Part shown: piece after piece, positions 5,773 to 6,163 of the stretch
Position numbering within the stretch: the first letter of the stretch is position 1
Layout of the letters: each line of letters begins with the position of its first letter
Virus record (IMG/VR): IMGVR_UViG_3300020040_000002
Coordinates: 1-6,163 of that record
Source of the DNA: a virus
DNA: 6,163 bases
Direction: 5' to 3' (one strand)
The notes under the pieces: model-generated
The model's database searches: none
What the model was told of the DNA's origin: nothing
The model's input: only the letters and a program-made list of their open reading frames with translations
Position numbers and translations under genes: made by a program

Positions 5773-6096
5773 ATGACAGAAATTCATCTTCTTGTCCGCC
5801 GTGTTAATCCGGCCATTAAAATTGACCTCGCTCAAGTAGGTTACATTAAAGACAGTCAGTTTACCCCCATTCCCTTCGATGCTATTGCGAATTCTCCTAT
5901 CGCGCCCTATCTGAAGAGTTCGTGCATTAGCGATTCGCTCTACGTCAACCACCCAGAAATCTCTGACCTCATTAAAGCCTGCGGAACCCTCCCTGGCTTT
6001 TGCGTCGAGTTTTTCGATAACACGATTGTTATTATGTTTAACCTTGAACTTGATTGCGATGAAAGCACGACGAAAGAAAAAAGGAAGAGGGACTAA
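5773..6096 (+). CDS. Hypothetical 107-aa protein spanning the circularisation junction
   Basis: The ATG lies 11 nt after the preceding TAA. Third positions are coding-like. The protein is slightly acidic with a basic tail TKEKRKRD. The terminator at 101..135 (second copy from 6143) follows it. No family recognised. Confidence 0.65.
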   Translation: MTEIHLLVRRVNPAIKIDLAQVGYIKDSQFTPIPFDAIANSPIAPYLKSSCISDSLYVNHPEISDLIKACGTLPGFCVEFFDNTIVIMFNLELDCDESTTKEKRKRD

Positions 6097-6163
6097 GGTT
6101 GTAACCCGTCCGCTTGGAGGTCGGGTCCTTTAGGCCGTCGGCTCCCAGGGGAGTCGCTCTCCC
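6043..6163. repeat. Terminal direct repeat, copy 2
   Basis: Identical to 1..121. Confidence 0.97.

Larger units (their letters stand above)
1..6042 (+). other. One full unit of a circular Microviridae (ssDNA phage) genome
   Basis: The exact 121-nt terminal redundancy gives a 6042-nt unit. The gene set is Rep (HUH), the F-like major capsid protein and the H/VP2-like pilot protein, all on one strand. Coding third positions are T/C-rich, and the size lies within the roughly 4.4-6.5 kb range known for the family. Confidence 0.9.

Noticed and set aside
6079-6085. A-rich run (agaaaaaagg) near the end of the 107-aa ORF as a possible frameshift site
   Set aside because: It lies about 5 codons before the stop, with no extended alternative-frame ORF downstream, so it simply encodes the KEKRKR tail.

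Overview
The window is one complete circular genome of a small ssDNA phage of the family Microviridae, plus an assembly overlap. Positions 1..121 are repeated exactly at 6043..6163, so the unit length is 6042 nt. All credible genes are on the + strand and tightly packed. In order they are: a 66-aa ORF (301..501), the rolling-circle Rep VP4 (501..1571), the major capsid protein VP1 (1575..3365), an acidic 98-aa protein (3378..3674), a 63-aa predicted lipoprotein (3905..4096), the minor capsid/pilot protein VP2 (4098..5360), a strongly basic 106-aa ORF (5441..5761) and a 107-aa ORF (5773..6096) that crosses the circularisation junction. Rep, VP1 and VP2 are recognised from family motifs read directly in the translations; the five small proteins have no function I can assign. 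I see no rRNA, tRNA, CRISPR array, integrase or transposase. No start codon has a Shine-Dalgarno sequence, and one intergenic region carries a TTTG / TAnnTTTG promoter-like pair, which suggests a Bacteroidota host (Alpavirinae-like or a related unclassified lineage; this needs phylogeny). Things worth a second look: the small lipoprotein gene abutting VP2 in a genome with no recognisable lysis gene; two long, hairpin-rich non-coding regions (55..300 and 3675..3904), unusual for so compact a genome; a two-gene unit bracketed by its own promoter and a canonical terminator; and a small ORF whose stop codon overlaps the Rep start. All functional calls rest on motif recognition by eye, since no database search was possible.
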